Shown here piece by piece: positions 19,801 through 29,872 of a stretch of DNA of 64,000 bases. A program made the translations under genes and the position numbers. The DNA comes from Candidatus Shapirobacteria bacterium (lineage in GTDB: Bacteria; Patescibacteriota; Microgenomatia; UBA12405), in contig JACPHO010000002.1 in assembly GCA_016188545.1 (NCBI GenBank), forward strand, positions 13 through 64,012. The letters run 5' to 3'. The notes beneath the pieces were generated by a model that worked only from the letters and a program-made list of their open reading frames with translations, did no database searches and was not told the DNA's origin. How positions within the stretch are numbered: the first letter of the stretch is position 1; each line of letters opens with the position of its first letter.

Positions 19801-21102
19801 ATGAGATTTATTACTAAATTGGGGTGGATGACGCTGATCGCCACAAACTTGGTAACCGTTTGGCTTTGGTTGGCTTATATGGGGCTATCAGACAGGGTTG
19901 GAAACACTACTCTAGTAATGGTTAATATCGGCCGAATATCAGGGCTTTTGGGGATGGTGATGTTTTCTCAAAGTATAATTCTGAGCACCAGAGTGAAGTG
20001 GATGGAAAAATTTTTTGGAGGGATGGATAAAATATATACGTCTCATCATTTGATTGGCGGGATGTCGTTTATTCTCCTTTTAATACACCCACTGACATTG
20101 GCTTTGTCATATCTACCTGATATAAAAGGGGCGGCAAATTTTTTGATACCACAACCCAGTAATTGGCCGGTATATTTTGGAATAAGCTCACTCATGTTTA
20201 TGATGGCTTTTTTGGTGGTGACTTTCTTTGTAAAACTACCATATCAACTATGGAAACAAACACATAAATTTTTGGGGGTGGCATTTTTTATCGGTGGGAT
20301 ACATTCTTTTTTTATACCAAGCGATATAAGTAGCTACCCACCGCTTTATATTTTTATGGCAATAATAGTTGGAATTGGTCTAATCTGCTGGATATATCGG
20401 AGTGTACTGGGAGCGGTAATGGTTAAAAAGTTTCGATACGAAATAATAAAGACAGAAAAGTTGAATAATTCGGTGATGTCGGTGACAATGAAGCCTGCAG
20501 GATCACCGTTGAAATATAACCCAGGGCAATTTGTATATGTTAGTTTTGAGGATCAGGACCTAACCAAGGAGTATCACCCTTTCTCGCTAGTATCTGCACC
20601 AAAGGATGAAAATATAAGAGTGATGGTCAAATACCTGGGTGATTTTACTAAAAGTCTTGATAAATTGACCGAGGGTACCGGAGCTAAAGTTGAGGGTGCT
20701 TATGGACAATTCTATAAAATTGTTAAACCAGAATTTCCCCAAATATGGATTGCTGGAGGGATAGGCATAGCTCCATTTTTGGGAATTGCCAAAAGTTTTG
20801 ACTTGAGAGACAACACCAAGGTTGACCTGTACTACTGTGCAGCTAAGGAAAACGATCTAGTCGCTCTAAATGAATTTAATATGATTGCCGAAGCCAACCC
20901 AAATTTCCGAATTTTTCCTTTTGTATCGGAAAAGTATGGGAGGATGGATAGTGGACTGGTCGAGAAACTATCGGGGCAATTGGAAAATAAAGAAATATTT
21001 TTATGTGGACCCGGCCCGATGATGAAAGGTTTTAAAAAACAATTTGAGAGTGTGGGAATAAAACCAGAGTTGATACATTCAGAAGAATTTAGCTTTATAT
21101 GA
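19801..21102 (+). CDS. Ferric reductase-like/NOX-like transmembrane oxidoreductase (heme TM domain plus FAD and NAD(P)H domains)
   Basis: His pairs (SHH..LIHP; THK..IHS), HPFS, GGIGIAPF, CGP and C-terminal EEF. Confidence 0.92.
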   Translation: MRFITKLGWMTLIATNLVTVWLWLAYMGLSDRVGNTTLVMVNIGRISGLLGMVMFSQSIILSTRVKWMEKFFGGMDKIYTSHHLIGGMSFILLLIHPLTLALSYLPDIKGAANFLIPQPSNWPVYFGISSLMFMMAFLVVTFFVKLPYQLWKQTHKFLGVAFFIGGIHSFFIPSDISSYPPLYIFMAIIVGIGLICWIYRSVLGAVMVKKFRYEIIKTEKLNNSVMSVTMKPAGSPLKYNPGQFVYVSFEDQDLTKEYHPFSLVSAPKDENIRVMVKYLGDFTKSLDKLTEGTGAKVEGAYGQFYKIVKPEFPQIWIAGGIGIAPFLGIAKSFDLRDNTKVDLYYCAAKENDLVALNEFNMIAEANPNFRIFPFVSEKYGRMDSGLVEKLSGQLENKEIFLCGPGPMMKGFKKQFESVGIKPELIHSEEFSFI

Positions 21103-21172
21103 ATAACGCAATTGCTTTGACGTTGATAATTTTTTGGACAATTATTATCTGTCTAGTATTTTTTGGACTGCA

Positions 21173-22480
21173 ATGAAAAAAAAGCCAAAAATAGAGTCGA
21201 TGGGAATACAAGTAATTGCCTTGCTTTTCTTGGCAAACCTGGGTGGCTCGTATTATTGGGTAAAGACACGGACTATGGCAGCGTCGTGTATAGACAGGGC
21301 TAGCATAAGTACTGACAGTCGGTGTTTGTATATACTGACGGGAAAAGTTTTTGAAATGGGAAGTCGAAAAAGTCCACACCGGGGGCATCCCTGTGGAATG
21401 GACGTAACTTCAATTCTTCCAAGTAACCATTCGGCAAAAGTTTCTAAATATTTGGATCCTAGGTATAGGGCAGATTTATGCACAGCATCAGCGGCACCGA
21501 CAAACACACCAAGACCAACCAGTATAGCAATACCAAACCCAACGAATACACCAAAACCGACTAATACCACTGCTCCACAGGCGACCAACACTCCAGTGCC
21601 AACTAATACTGCGACACCGACAAATACTCCGATACAGAACAGAACACCGACACCAAAACCGACGATTCCTGGAGCGTCAGTAACCACAGCAACCCCCATA
21701 CCGACCAATACAGCCACCCCAAAACCAACAAGTACCCCAAGGCTAACCAATACAGCAACGCCGACAAGAACGCCAACGCCCACAACAACCCAAGCGACCA
21801 TAATTCCAACAACCACTGAGGTCTTGACGGAAGCGACTCCAACCTCATCAGTTATTGCGGTAGCCGATAAATGCGCGAATACTGATTTAAATAATGACGG
21901 ACTGGTTAATTCAATTGATCGCGTTATCTGTCTTCAGAACCAAGAAACGCCAACACCACCAGAGCCGACAATTGTGCAAGAAGTGGTGACACTAGAACCC
22001 ACAATTACACAGGAGATAGTGACACCAATCCCCACTTCTGCACCTGTAATAGAACAACCACCAAGAGGAGCTTTTGCCGACTTAGGGTTTGCTGCGTGGT
22101 GGGGATTAGTCTTGACAATGGCGTCAGCAGGAACACTGGCATCAACATTACTTTTGGGAATGCTAAGGACAATGTCAACCACAATTACGGCTAATTTGTC
22201 GGCTGGAAAGTATAAGATGACCGTGACACCGACTGAAAATAATCTGGTAATTTCTCGAGGAGATATCGTTGAAAAGCTTTTCTATGTAACCCATTTTGGA
22301 GTGATAGATGACAATACATGTTGGGTAAACCTTTCGGGGAATGAAGGATTGATTCTGGGCAAACTTAACCAACCAAAAGTCACCGAGGGGTTTTATAAGG
22401 TGTCGGGATATACGGTCACTTCCGCAGCCAATCCTTATGTAGCGATTGAAAAGATTACGCCGCTTCAGAAAAACAGCTAA
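21173..22480 (+). CDS. Membrane/surface protein: cytochrome-b5-like domain, Pro/Thr linker, dockerin/EF-hand-like motif, TM segment
   Basis: CLYILTGKVF..H.GHPCGMDVT..NH; (PTNT)n repeats; DLNNDGLVNSID. Confidence 0.7.
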   Translation: MKKKPKIESMGIQVIALLFLANLGGSYYWVKTRTMAASCIDRASISTDSRCLYILTGKVFEMGSRKSPHRGHPCGMDVTSILPSNHSAKVSKYLDPRYRADLCTASAAPTNTPRPTSIAIPNPTNTPKPTNTTAPQATNTPVPTNTATPTNTPIQNRTPTPKPTIPGASVTTATPIPTNTATPKPTSTPRLTNTATPTRTPTPTTTQATIIPTTTEVLTEATPTSSVIAVADKCANTDLNNDGLVNSIDRVICLQNQETPTPPEPTIVQEVVTLEPTITQEIVTPIPTSAPVIEQPPRGAFADLGFAAWWGLVLTMASAGTLASTLLLGMLRTMSTTITANLSAGKYKMTVTPTENNLVISRGDIVEKLFYVTHFGVIDDNTCWVNLSGNEGLILGKLNQPKVTEGFYKVSGYTVTSAANPYVAIEKITPLQKNS

Positions 22481-22498
22481 GACTTGTACAGTGTAAGC

Positions 22499-22909
22499 CT
22501 ATTTTGACTCGCAGTACTTTTTGAAATTATCGAGAATTGCTTGCCAACCAGTACGTTGTTGATCGATGGAGTTGGTAGCTTCTGTCTCAAAAGTTTCGGT
22601 AATGATAGTATTCTCATCGTCGACAGACTCGAAACTAACTGTAACCGCGCGGCCATCATCAAGCTTGGTTTCGATAAGCTCATTTGGCACTATTTTTGTA
22701 TACATCCCAGTAAAGTCAAAGCTTTGCTTATCATCGGTTGATGACATGGTGTAACTAAAGCGACCACCAGGAGTGAAGTCATTGCTGGCTTTGGGACAAT
22801 ACCAATCATCACTGGCGTGGTTCCATTTCGTAACAGCAGAGGGGTCGATCCAATTTTGCCAAACTTTTTCGAGGGGTGAACTAATTAGAGTATCGACAGT
22901 GAGCATCAT
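22499..22909 (-). CDS. SRPBCC/AHSA1 (START-like) protein
   Basis: WNHASDDWYCP, GGRFSYTM and QQRTGWQAILDNFKKY motifs. Confidence 0.9.
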   Translation of the reverse strand: MMLTVDTLISSPLEKVWQNWIDPSAVTKWNHASDDWYCPKASNDFTPGGRFSYTMSSTDDKQSFDFTGMYTKIVPNELIETKLDDGRAVTVSFESVDDENTIITETFETEATNSIDQQRTGWQAILDNFKKYCESK

Positions 22910-23009
22910 AGACTTTTATAGTGACTAAATAAATTAGTAACAACTTATACTATTTTAATGGGAGTTAAACTAGATTTCAATAACTGAGCAGATGTAATAA
23001 CCTATAATG

Positions 23010-23170
23010 TTGACAGGAAGAATTTCGATGCTATAATCAATCTATTATGATAGCAATGTCACATACCAAAGTTCGGATACGACTAATCGTCGGCCTGGTG
23101 TGTGACGTGTCAAATTTTTTATAAAAACTAATTTTTGATAGTTAACGCCCGGCCGAGCCGGGTTTTTTTT
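23010..23170 (+). promoter_or_regulatory. Promoter, leader ORF (23047-23124) and terminator (23148-23170): transcription attenuator of the MFS gene
   Basis: TTGACA-16-TATAAT; leader MIAMSHTKVRIRLIVGLVCDVSNFL; CCCGGC-CGA-GCCGGG-T8; TCGGCCTGGTGT can pair with ACGCCCGGCCGA. Confidence 0.75.
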
Positions 23171-23197
23171 GGTCATCATTATTTTATTTAAATCATT

Positions 23198-24367
23198 ATG
23201 TTCATAAAATTAAAAAAAATCGGTAATGTAAAACTGTTTTCACTGTTTTACGCATTTCACAACTTTAGGCTGTATTCGGTCTTGGCAGTAATATATTTTT
23301 TTCAAATTACCCACTCATACACCTTAGCTTTGAGCATATTTTCAGTGTCTTAAATTTCACAAGGATTATTTGAAATTCCATTGGGATATTACTCGGACAA
23401 GTTCGGAAGGAGCAGCTGCCTACAGGCAGGAGCCGTCAGCAGTTTATCGGCGATAATATTTTTTGCCATAGGCCAAAATTATTGGGTTCTTTTAGTCGGT
23501 TCTGTTTTTGATGGTATTAGTTTTGCGGCGTTTTCGGGAAATAATGATGCATTGTTATTTGAGACTTTGGAAGCTGAAGACAAAAAGGATCAGTATCACC
23601 ATGAATATGGCAAAATGAATTCATGGTTAGAATTAGCCGGCTTTGCTGGAGTGTTTTTGGGAAGTTTCATGGTGACAAAATCGCTGTCGCTATTGTTTTA
23701 CATATCAATAGTCCCCCGCATGATAGCCGCCGTTTTAAGCTTTGGTTTTACTGACCCAAAAATTATTAAAAATGAAACTATAAATGTCAAACACCATTTC
23801 GCTGACTCGTGGTTGATGTATAGAAATAATTTAAAGATCAGATTGTTGAGTATTACCGATATAATTGGTGCGATGGGTGGGGTACTTTGGAATTTTCAGT
23901 CAACTTTTTATAACTTATTTTTGCCAATTTGGACGACAAATATCGTAATGTCACTAAACTTTTTGACTAGTTTTGTTAGTTTTAGACTAAGTGGAAAATT
24001 AATTAATAAGTTTGAGGCAATGAAAGTACTATTTTATTCAGAAGTTTATTGCCGATTATTGGTATTGCCAGCTTATATTTTCCCGACAATTGCCTCACCG
24101 TTTTTGGTGGCGACTGCCTCAGTGTCGTATGGCCCGAGTGTGGTGGCTAAAAGCACAATATTACAAAATGAATTTACCAACGAACAGCGAGCGACAATGA
24201 CTTCGATTAATTCGTTTGTGGGGAATATTATTTATTCAGTATCGGCAGTCTTGGTGGGGATGGCAGCGGACAGGTTTGGAGTGGCCAGATCACTGTTGGT
24301 GGTACAACTGTTGATGGTGTCGGTTTTGGTTATTTATTACAAACTACTAAAAAATAATAAAAGTTAA
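23198..24367 (+). pseudogene. MFS transporter with an in-frame premature TAA at 23351-23353
   Basis: ATG 23198 is in frame with ORF 23381-24367; the N-terminus is homologous to the MFS at 54785 (NVKL...AVIYF.QIT.SY.L.LSIFSV). Confidence 0.8.
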
Positions 24368-24407
24368 AAAAATAGCAGGACTGATTGTAATCATGTAAGC
24401 TAATGTA

Positions 24408-25331
24408 ATGATTACTCTAATAGTAGTCCTCATAAGTCTGCTGGTACTGGTTAAGTCGGCAGATGTATTTGTTGACCAAGCTTCTTCACTTGCCAAAAAA
24501 CTGAAAGTAAACGACTTTATAATTGGGTTTACAGTGGTGGCTTTTGGGACATCGCTGCCAGAACTGGTATCGACAGTTTTTTCGGCGATTGATGGACACA
24601 ACCAACTGGTAATGTCTAACGTGATCGGGAGTAATATAACCAATCTGTGCTTGATATTTGGAATTATTGCGGTGTTTAACGATTATAAAATCCGGAGGAG
24701 GGATATTGATATCAACATTCCAATAAACTTTGCGGCGATGATGGTGTTTTGGGCATTTTCGGCTTGGTCGGGATTTGTACTGAACTGGGCTTTTGGAATT
24801 TCGCTGATATTGATTTTCTTAATATTGATCTTGTTATCTAAAGACTATAACCACTTTTCTCACGTGAGTAATCGGGTATATGCCACATTTAGACCCTGGC
24901 TATTAATAGGGTCGCTGATATTACTGGTATTTAGTGGAAAAATTTGTATTGAAGAAACTATCTTATTGGCTAAACAACTGAAAATCGCGGAAACGATATT
25001 GGGTTACTTCATACTGTCGATAGGGACTTCGCTTCCAGAACTAGTCACCACCTGGATTGCAGTTAAGAGAAAAGATGGTGAGCTGGGGGTGGGGAATATA
25101 TTGGGATCGAATTTATTTAATTTATTATTTGCTTTGGGAGTCTCCAGCTTTATTCGTCCAGTGGTGGTGACCGGTTTTAGAACCGATTTGTTATTTTTGA
25201 CGATGGCGACTTTGGCTGTTTACGTATTTGCGATACTGGGGAAAAAATATTCTTTTAGCCGAAGGGAAGGGGCGGGGTTACTTTTTATTTACTTACTATT
25301 TGTTGTGTTTCAGGTGATAAGAGTTAATTAA
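24408..25331 (+). CDS. Calcium/sodium antiporter (YrbG, CaCA family)
   Basis: Two GTSLPEL and GSN alpha-repeats. Confidence 0.93.
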   Translation: MITLIVVLISLLVLVKSADVFVDQASSLAKKLKVNDFIIGFTVVAFGTSLPELVSTVFSAIDGHNQLVMSNVIGSNITNLCLIFGIIAVFNDYKIRRRDIDINIPINFAAMMVFWAFSAWSGFVLNWAFGISLILIFLILILLSKDYNHFSHVSNRVYATFRPWLLIGSLILLVFSGKICIEETILLAKQLKIAETILGYFILSIGTSLPELVTTWIAVKRKDGELGVGNILGSNLFNLLFALGVSSFIRPVVVTGFRTDLLFLTMATLAVYVFAILGKKYSFSRREGAGLLFIYLLFVVFQVIRVN

Positions 25332-25370
25332 TTAACGAAAGAAGTACTCTTTAGGTCTGTTTGGAGGCAC

Positions 25371-25408
25371 AAACAAAAACACCCCCGAAACAGGGGGTGT
25401 TTTTGTTT
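25371..25408. terminator. Bidirectional intrinsic terminator
   Basis: AAACAAAAACACCCCC GAAACA GGGGGTGTTTTTGTTT between convergent genes. Confidence 0.85.
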
Positions 25409-25417
25409 AACATTAAT

Positions 25418-25927
25418 TTAGAATTGTCCGCGCATCATGTTGCCGTGGCCAAAACCTCTGACCCCACGACCACCTCCAAAACCAAATCGGAGGTAACTAA
25501 TATCGATTCCTTGGTCTTTGGCCCAAGTTTCGAGATCAGTTCGACTCTTCTCCATCTGAGATTGTCGTTCGGCGATAGTTTTGGTAGACCAATCGGTAGA
25601 CTCATGAGCTTTTTGAAGTTCGGCATGTTTGGTGAGAATGGTAGTTTTTTGGGCATCAGTGATTTTGCCTTCCTTAACTAAGCCATTGAGATAAGTGGTA
25701 TAAGTTTCGGTCATTTGTTTTTGACGCTCGGAAAGTTCCTGTTGACGATAACCATCGATAGCAGTTTGGACCTTGGATTGGTCCACGCCAAGTTTTTGGG
25801 ATAAATATAAAACAAGTCCACTTTGAGGACTGGTAGAAATTGCCTGAATGAGGCTGACTCTAAACATTGTACCGACACCTAGGGCGGCGACAATGAAGGC
25901 GGGGACGAGAACTTTTTTGGAGATCAT
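25418..25927 (-). CDS. Secreted helical protein with a Gly/Arg-rich tail
   Basis: Signal/TM N-terminus, LVKEGKITDAQK motif and GFGGGRG tail. Confidence 0.7.
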   Translation of the reverse strand: MISKKVLVPAFIVAALGVGTMFRVSLIQAISTSPQSGLVLYLSQKLGVDQSKVQTAIDGYRQQELSERQKQMTETYTTYLNGLVKEGKITDAQKTTILTKHAELQKAHESTDWSTKTIAERQSQMEKSRTDLETWAKDQGIDISYLRFGFGGGRGVRGFGHGNMMRGQF

Positions 25928-26023
25928 AGATTTTACTTAATTTTTAATTAGGTGAGTGTACCCGCCTTTTCTGAAGGTTAGCTTAAGGACCGGCAAGGAG
26001 AATGGAGTAAAAAAGGAGTTGAA

Positions 26024-26248
26024 CTAGAATTGGTAGTAGGTGAGAAGTTCGAACATGAGTATGGCTGGCCAGAAAACTGATTTGAAGATACCGATCATCA
26101 CTTCGGAAAACGAACCGGCGGAGGATAAAAAATAGAAGAGAGCACCGATGACTCCAAGACCATAGATCGGATTGGAGTTACCACCTCGGGAGTAGTGTTT
26201 GTGAGCAGGTGAACAACAGTCTTTTAGTAAGATTTCTTCTTTTTTCAT
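26024..26248 (-). CDS. Small membrane protein (start about 26248)
   Basis: IYGLGVIGALFYF...KSVFWPA, with an N-terminal CC motif. Confidence 0.65.
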   Translation of the reverse strand: MKKEEILLKDCCSPAHKHYSRGGNSNPIYGLGVIGALFYFLSSAGSFSEVMIGIFKSVFWPAILMFELLTYYQF

Positions 26249-26358
26249 AACTGATTCTAACAGAAAATATTTGTAAGGAATGTTCATCAAACAGAATTTA
26301 CTTGTCTGGTAGCTAATTGGACTTGAGGGATGCCGAGCGATAAAAACGTCGGAAGCGT

Positions 26359-27453
26359 CTATACATCATCACGCACCACAACCCTTGGCTCTTCTTCTCC
26401 TCTCCTCCGAATTTCGACAAATTTTTCAAAATCTACTTTTGCACAAATCAGATTAGAAACTTTGTTTTTACCAACACAATCAGGTTCTGTAGTTATTACA
26501 ACAGCCTTTTCGCCATCACCATCTTTAATTGGAAATGTCCCGAGACATACCATATCGGGGTGCTGGGCAAAATCATGAGGTCTGCCACTGTCCATTCTTG
26601 CTTCATACCACTCCACAAAATATCCCCTCAGTTCGTCCATTAACTTATCATCACCATTATCTACACCAAGGATAGTTGATCTGACTAAATTATTTCTAAT
26701 TTTTACAAACTCCTTACCCATGCCATAAAGTTCTTCAATTGTCATATTTGCAATCTCCTCAAAAGGTCTTATCGCCTCAATTTTTTGTGGATCATTTGTT
26801 TTCCATTTTAAATACGATTCCGTGTTCCATTCACCACCAGCTTGTTCTGTAATACTAATTCCTAACTCATCGTCAGCAACTACAGTATTTTCGGTCTTTG
26901 TATCGTCCAAAATAGTCACTAAAGTTTCTTCCCCATCAGCGTTTATTGCCTCAATGACCAACTCCTCATCACAAAACAGTCGGAACGATTCACTTGCATT
27001 ACGAATATCCATTCTGGTTGTTTTACCACCGTCTTTTGAATCATCAGGTTTAATTGTCCACACTGAAACATATTGAACATTGTTGGGGCTATCATCTACA
27101 TCTGCGGTATATCTTTCTTGAAGTTTGAATGGCACTTTTCTGCCAGTTTTTTCTGTATAACTTTTCTTCCAATCAACAAGTCTTTCCTCCATCCATTTTT
27201 GAGAATATACCCCGTTTTCTGGAAATCCGCCATTAAATGCGGATACCATACCGTCTCTAACAAAAACTAGCTCAGCTGTTTGACTTGGGGGGTTAAAATT
27301 ATTTGTCTCTCTTTTTAATTCCTTCCATGTTTTATACATTGAAGTTGTTTTTTCAGCCACAGAAACTCGATTATTATCTTGCTGATTAAATATTTTAGTC
27401 GCTTTGTTGTCTATTACCATATAACGGAAATTATAACACTCACACAATTTCAC
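26359..27453 (-). CDS. Hypothetical acidic protein
   Basis: Long ORF with no recognised motif; start uncertain (possibly 27420). Confidence 0.65.
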   Translation of the reverse strand: MKLCECYNFRYMVIDNKATKIFNQQDNNRVSVAEKTTSMYKTWKELKRETNNFNPPSQTAELVFVRDGMVSAFNGGFPENGVYSQKWMEERLVDWKKSYTEKTGRKVPFKLQERYTADVDDSPNNVQYVSVWTIKPDDSKDGGKTTRMDIRNASESFRLFCDEELVIEAINADGEETLVTILDDTKTENTVVADDELGISITEQAGGEWNTESYLKWKTNDPQKIEAIRPFEEIANMTIEELYGMGKEFVKIRNNLVRSTILGVDNGDDKLMDELRGYFVEWYEARMDSGRPHDFAQHPDMVCLGTFPIKDGDGEKAVVITTEPDCVGKNKVSNLICAKVDFEKFVEIRRRGEEEPRVVVRDDV

Positions 27454-27482
27454 TTAGATCTCGTTTTGTTTTAAACTAGAAT

Positions 27483-28037
27483 ATGACTAAATATGTTGCA
27501 CTACTTCGGGGGATAAACGTGGGTGGGAAAAGTAAAGTAAAAATGGCGACTCTAAAAGAGTGTTTTGAGTCGCTGGGATACAAGAACGTAGCCACATACA
27601 TAAACAGTGGAAATGTGATTTTTGAGGCGGAAAGGATTGATGAAGAAGAAATGATTAAGGAGATGGAGACTAAGATGAGAGATGTTTTTGGATTTGGAAT
27701 TAGAATCGTAGTTAGAAGCTTTGAGAATATAAAGAACATATGTGAAAAGGTGCCCACGGGGTGGATGAATAATGTAGAACAAAAAACTGATGTGATATTT
27801 TTGTGGCAGGGAGTTGATACTCAGGAAGATATTGAGTCGATTAAGATAAAACCGGAGGTGGATACCCTACTCTATATTGAGAGAGCAGTGGTGTGGCACA
27901 TAGATAGAGTAAATTACTCCAAGAGTGGGATGAATAAATTTATTGGGACAAATATTTATAAAAACATGACGGCTAGAAATATTAATACGGTTAGGAAGTT
28001 GCGACAGTTGATGGAGGGTAAAAATGGCGACCGATAG
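27483..28037 (+). CDS. DUF1697 family protein
   Basis: YVALLRGINVGG, TYINSGNVIF and TARNINT motifs. Confidence 0.92.
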   Translation: MTKYVALLRGINVGGKSKVKMATLKECFESLGYKNVATYINSGNVIFEAERIDEEEMIKEMETKMRDVFGFGIRIVVRSFENIKNICEKVPTGWMNNVEQKTDVIFLWQGVDTQEDIESIKIKPEVDTLLYIERAVVWHIDRVNYSKSGMNKFIGTNIYKNMTARNINTVRKLRQLMEGKNGDR

Positions 28038-28365
28038 TTCGACTGTAGAATTTATACTGGATCAATTAGGTAGAGAAATTGAGTATCGAGCGGTAAAGAT
28101 GTTTGGAGAGTATGCGCTCTACTATGGAAACAAAGTAATAGCCTTGATTTGTGACGATAATTTGTACGTCAAAATTACTGAGCCAGGGAAAAAATATGTG
28201 GGCAAATATTATAAAGAAGGTGTGGCTTACCCGGGAGCGAAACCGTCAATGTTGATCGAGGAAAAGATTGAAGATGGGGAGTGGCTAGATAAGTTGATGA
28301 GAATTACTGCCGAAAATTTACCAGAGCCAACACCAAAGAAACCCAAGAAACTCGTACTAAAATAG
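28024..28365 (+). CDS. TfoX N-terminal domain protein
   Basis: KMFGEYALY...ALICDDNLYVK motif. Confidence 0.9.
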   Translation: MATDSSTVEFILDQLGREIEYRAVKMFGEYALYYGNKVIALICDDNLYVKITEPGKKYVGKYYKEGVAYPGAKPSMLIEEKIEDGEWLDKLMRITAENLPEPTPKKPKKLVLK

Positions 28366-28379
28366 TAGTATAATTTGTT

Positions 28380-28796
28380 ATGAATATAAATTTTGGAGCG
28401 GTACTTTTGGCTACAATACTTCAATTTATATGGGGTGCGGTGTGGTATAGCGCTTTTTTTGGGAAACTCTGGGGAAAAATGCATGGATTTGATAAACTTT
28501 CGAAGGAAGTACAGGAAAAAATGATGAAGGAGATGGGGCCGATTTATGGAGTTCAGTTTTTGGTAACTCTAGTCACTACAGTTGTACTGGCCATATTTAT
28601 CGCCTACCAACCGAGTTGGAATGCTTACGCTATGGCGGGATTTTTCTGGATTGGATTTGTGGTGCCGACACAAGTAAGTGGGGTTATATTTGGAGGAACA
28701 GAAGGAAAATGGGTAACGACTAAGATCGCAATACAGGCAGGGGCTGCGCTTGGTTGCTTGGAAATTGCAGCGGGTGTACTGAAAATGATGGGCTAA
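28380..28796 (+). CDS. DUF1761 family membrane protein
   Basis: GAVWYSAFFGKLW motif; 4 TM. Confidence 0.85.
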   Translation: MNINFGAVLLATILQFIWGAVWYSAFFGKLWGKMHGFDKLSKEVQEKMMKEMGPIYGVQFLVTLVTTVVLAIFIAYQPSWNAYAMAGFFWIGFVVPTQVSGVIFGGTEGKWVTTKIAIQAGAALGCLEIAAGVLKMMG

Positions 28797-28821
28797 TTTT
28801 CAATTATAAATTTAGCTAAAT

Positions 28822-29712
28822 ATGGACAGACAAAAAATTACAGCTCATTTGTGGTTTGATAAAGAGGCATTAGCGGCGGCAGAGTTTTATTCGAAGACAT
28901 TTAAAAACTCAAAAATACTTAATACTTCAAAACTAGATGACACACCATCTGGTAGTGTGGATATCGCCAATATATTAGTCGATGGTTACGAATTTGGGAT
29001 GATATCGGCCGGTCCCCTTTTTAAAATAAACCCATCAATATCTTTTACGATGAAGTGTGAGACTGAAAATGAAGTCGAGGAATTGTGGAAAAAACTGTCA
29101 CCCGATGGGCAGGCGCTGATGGAACTAGATAAATACCCTTTTGCTGATAAATATGGTTGGATACAGGACAAGTTTGGGGTATCTTGGCAAATTATTTATC
29201 AAGAAAAAGAAAAAATCACCCAAAGAGTAGTTCCGGCACTAATGTATGTGGGAAAAGTATGTGGAAAGGCACGTGAGGCAATTAATCATTACACATCGAT
29301 TTTTCCTAATTCTTCAAATGGAGACATTTCCACATACGAAAAAGGCGAAAGTTCTGATGAACCTGGAACAATAAAACATGCTAGGTTTACTCTGGATAGT
29401 ATGGAATTTACAGCAATGGACAGTGCCTACGATCATAAATTTGGGTTTAGTGAAGGCGTATCTTTGGTGGTTCATTGTGAGAACCAGGAAGAAATTGATG
29501 AATACTGGGAAAAACTATCGGCGGTTCCAGAATCGGAACAGTGCGGATGGCTTAAGGATAAATACGGGGTGTCTTGGCAAATAGTACCAAATGCTATGGA
29601 TAAGATGATGTCTGAAGGAACCCAAAAACAAATTACAGAGGTCACTCAAGCTTTCTTAAAGATGAAAAAATTTGATATTGCCGAGTTAGAGAGGGTCTAC
29701 AACGTGAGCTAA
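28822..29712 (+). CDS. VOC family protein (tandem PhnB/3-demethylubiquinone methyltransferase-like domains)
   Basis: Duplicated GW.QDKFGVSWQI / GWLKDKYGVSWQI. Confidence 0.9.
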   Translation: MDRQKITAHLWFDKEALAAAEFYSKTFKNSKILNTSKLDDTPSGSVDIANILVDGYEFGMISAGPLFKINPSISFTMKCETENEVEELWKKLSPDGQALMELDKYPFADKYGWIQDKFGVSWQIIYQEKEKITQRVVPALMYVGKVCGKAREAINHYTSIFPNSSNGDISTYEKGESSDEPGTIKHARFTLDSMEFTAMDSAYDHKFGFSEGVSLVVHCENQEEIDEYWEKLSAVPESEQCGWLKDKYGVSWQIVPNAMDKMMSEGTQKQITEVTQAFLKMKKFDIAELERVYNVS

Positions 29713-29810
29713 AGGGAACGGAATAAGTTCATCAAAATATTGTAGAGCCAGGTGACTAGATAAATAAAGGTTTTGACAAACCAATCGGTGGCAGCGATAA
29801 AAAGATTCAT
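29709..29810 (-). CDS. Possible 33-aa hydrophobic peptide
   Basis: MNLFIAATDWFVKTFIYLVTWLYNILMNLFRSL; TATAGA lies just upstream of the ATG. Confidence 0.4.
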   Translation of the reverse strand: MNLFIAATDWFVKTFIYLVTWLYNILMNLFRSL

Positions 29811-29872
29811 GACTCGATCTATAACTTAAAGTATTATAGCCCTCGATGAGTCGTCTGTAGGTAAATGGACAA

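Noticed and set aside
21253..21816. Long antisense ORFs over low-complexity genes (also 37597-38076 and 39374-39805)
   Set aside because: They are shadows of Pro/Thr- or acidic-rich sense genes.
21490..21850. CRISPR-like or DNA-level tandem repeat
   Set aside because: These are degenerate codons of a Pro/Thr linker, with no constant repeat-spacer pattern.
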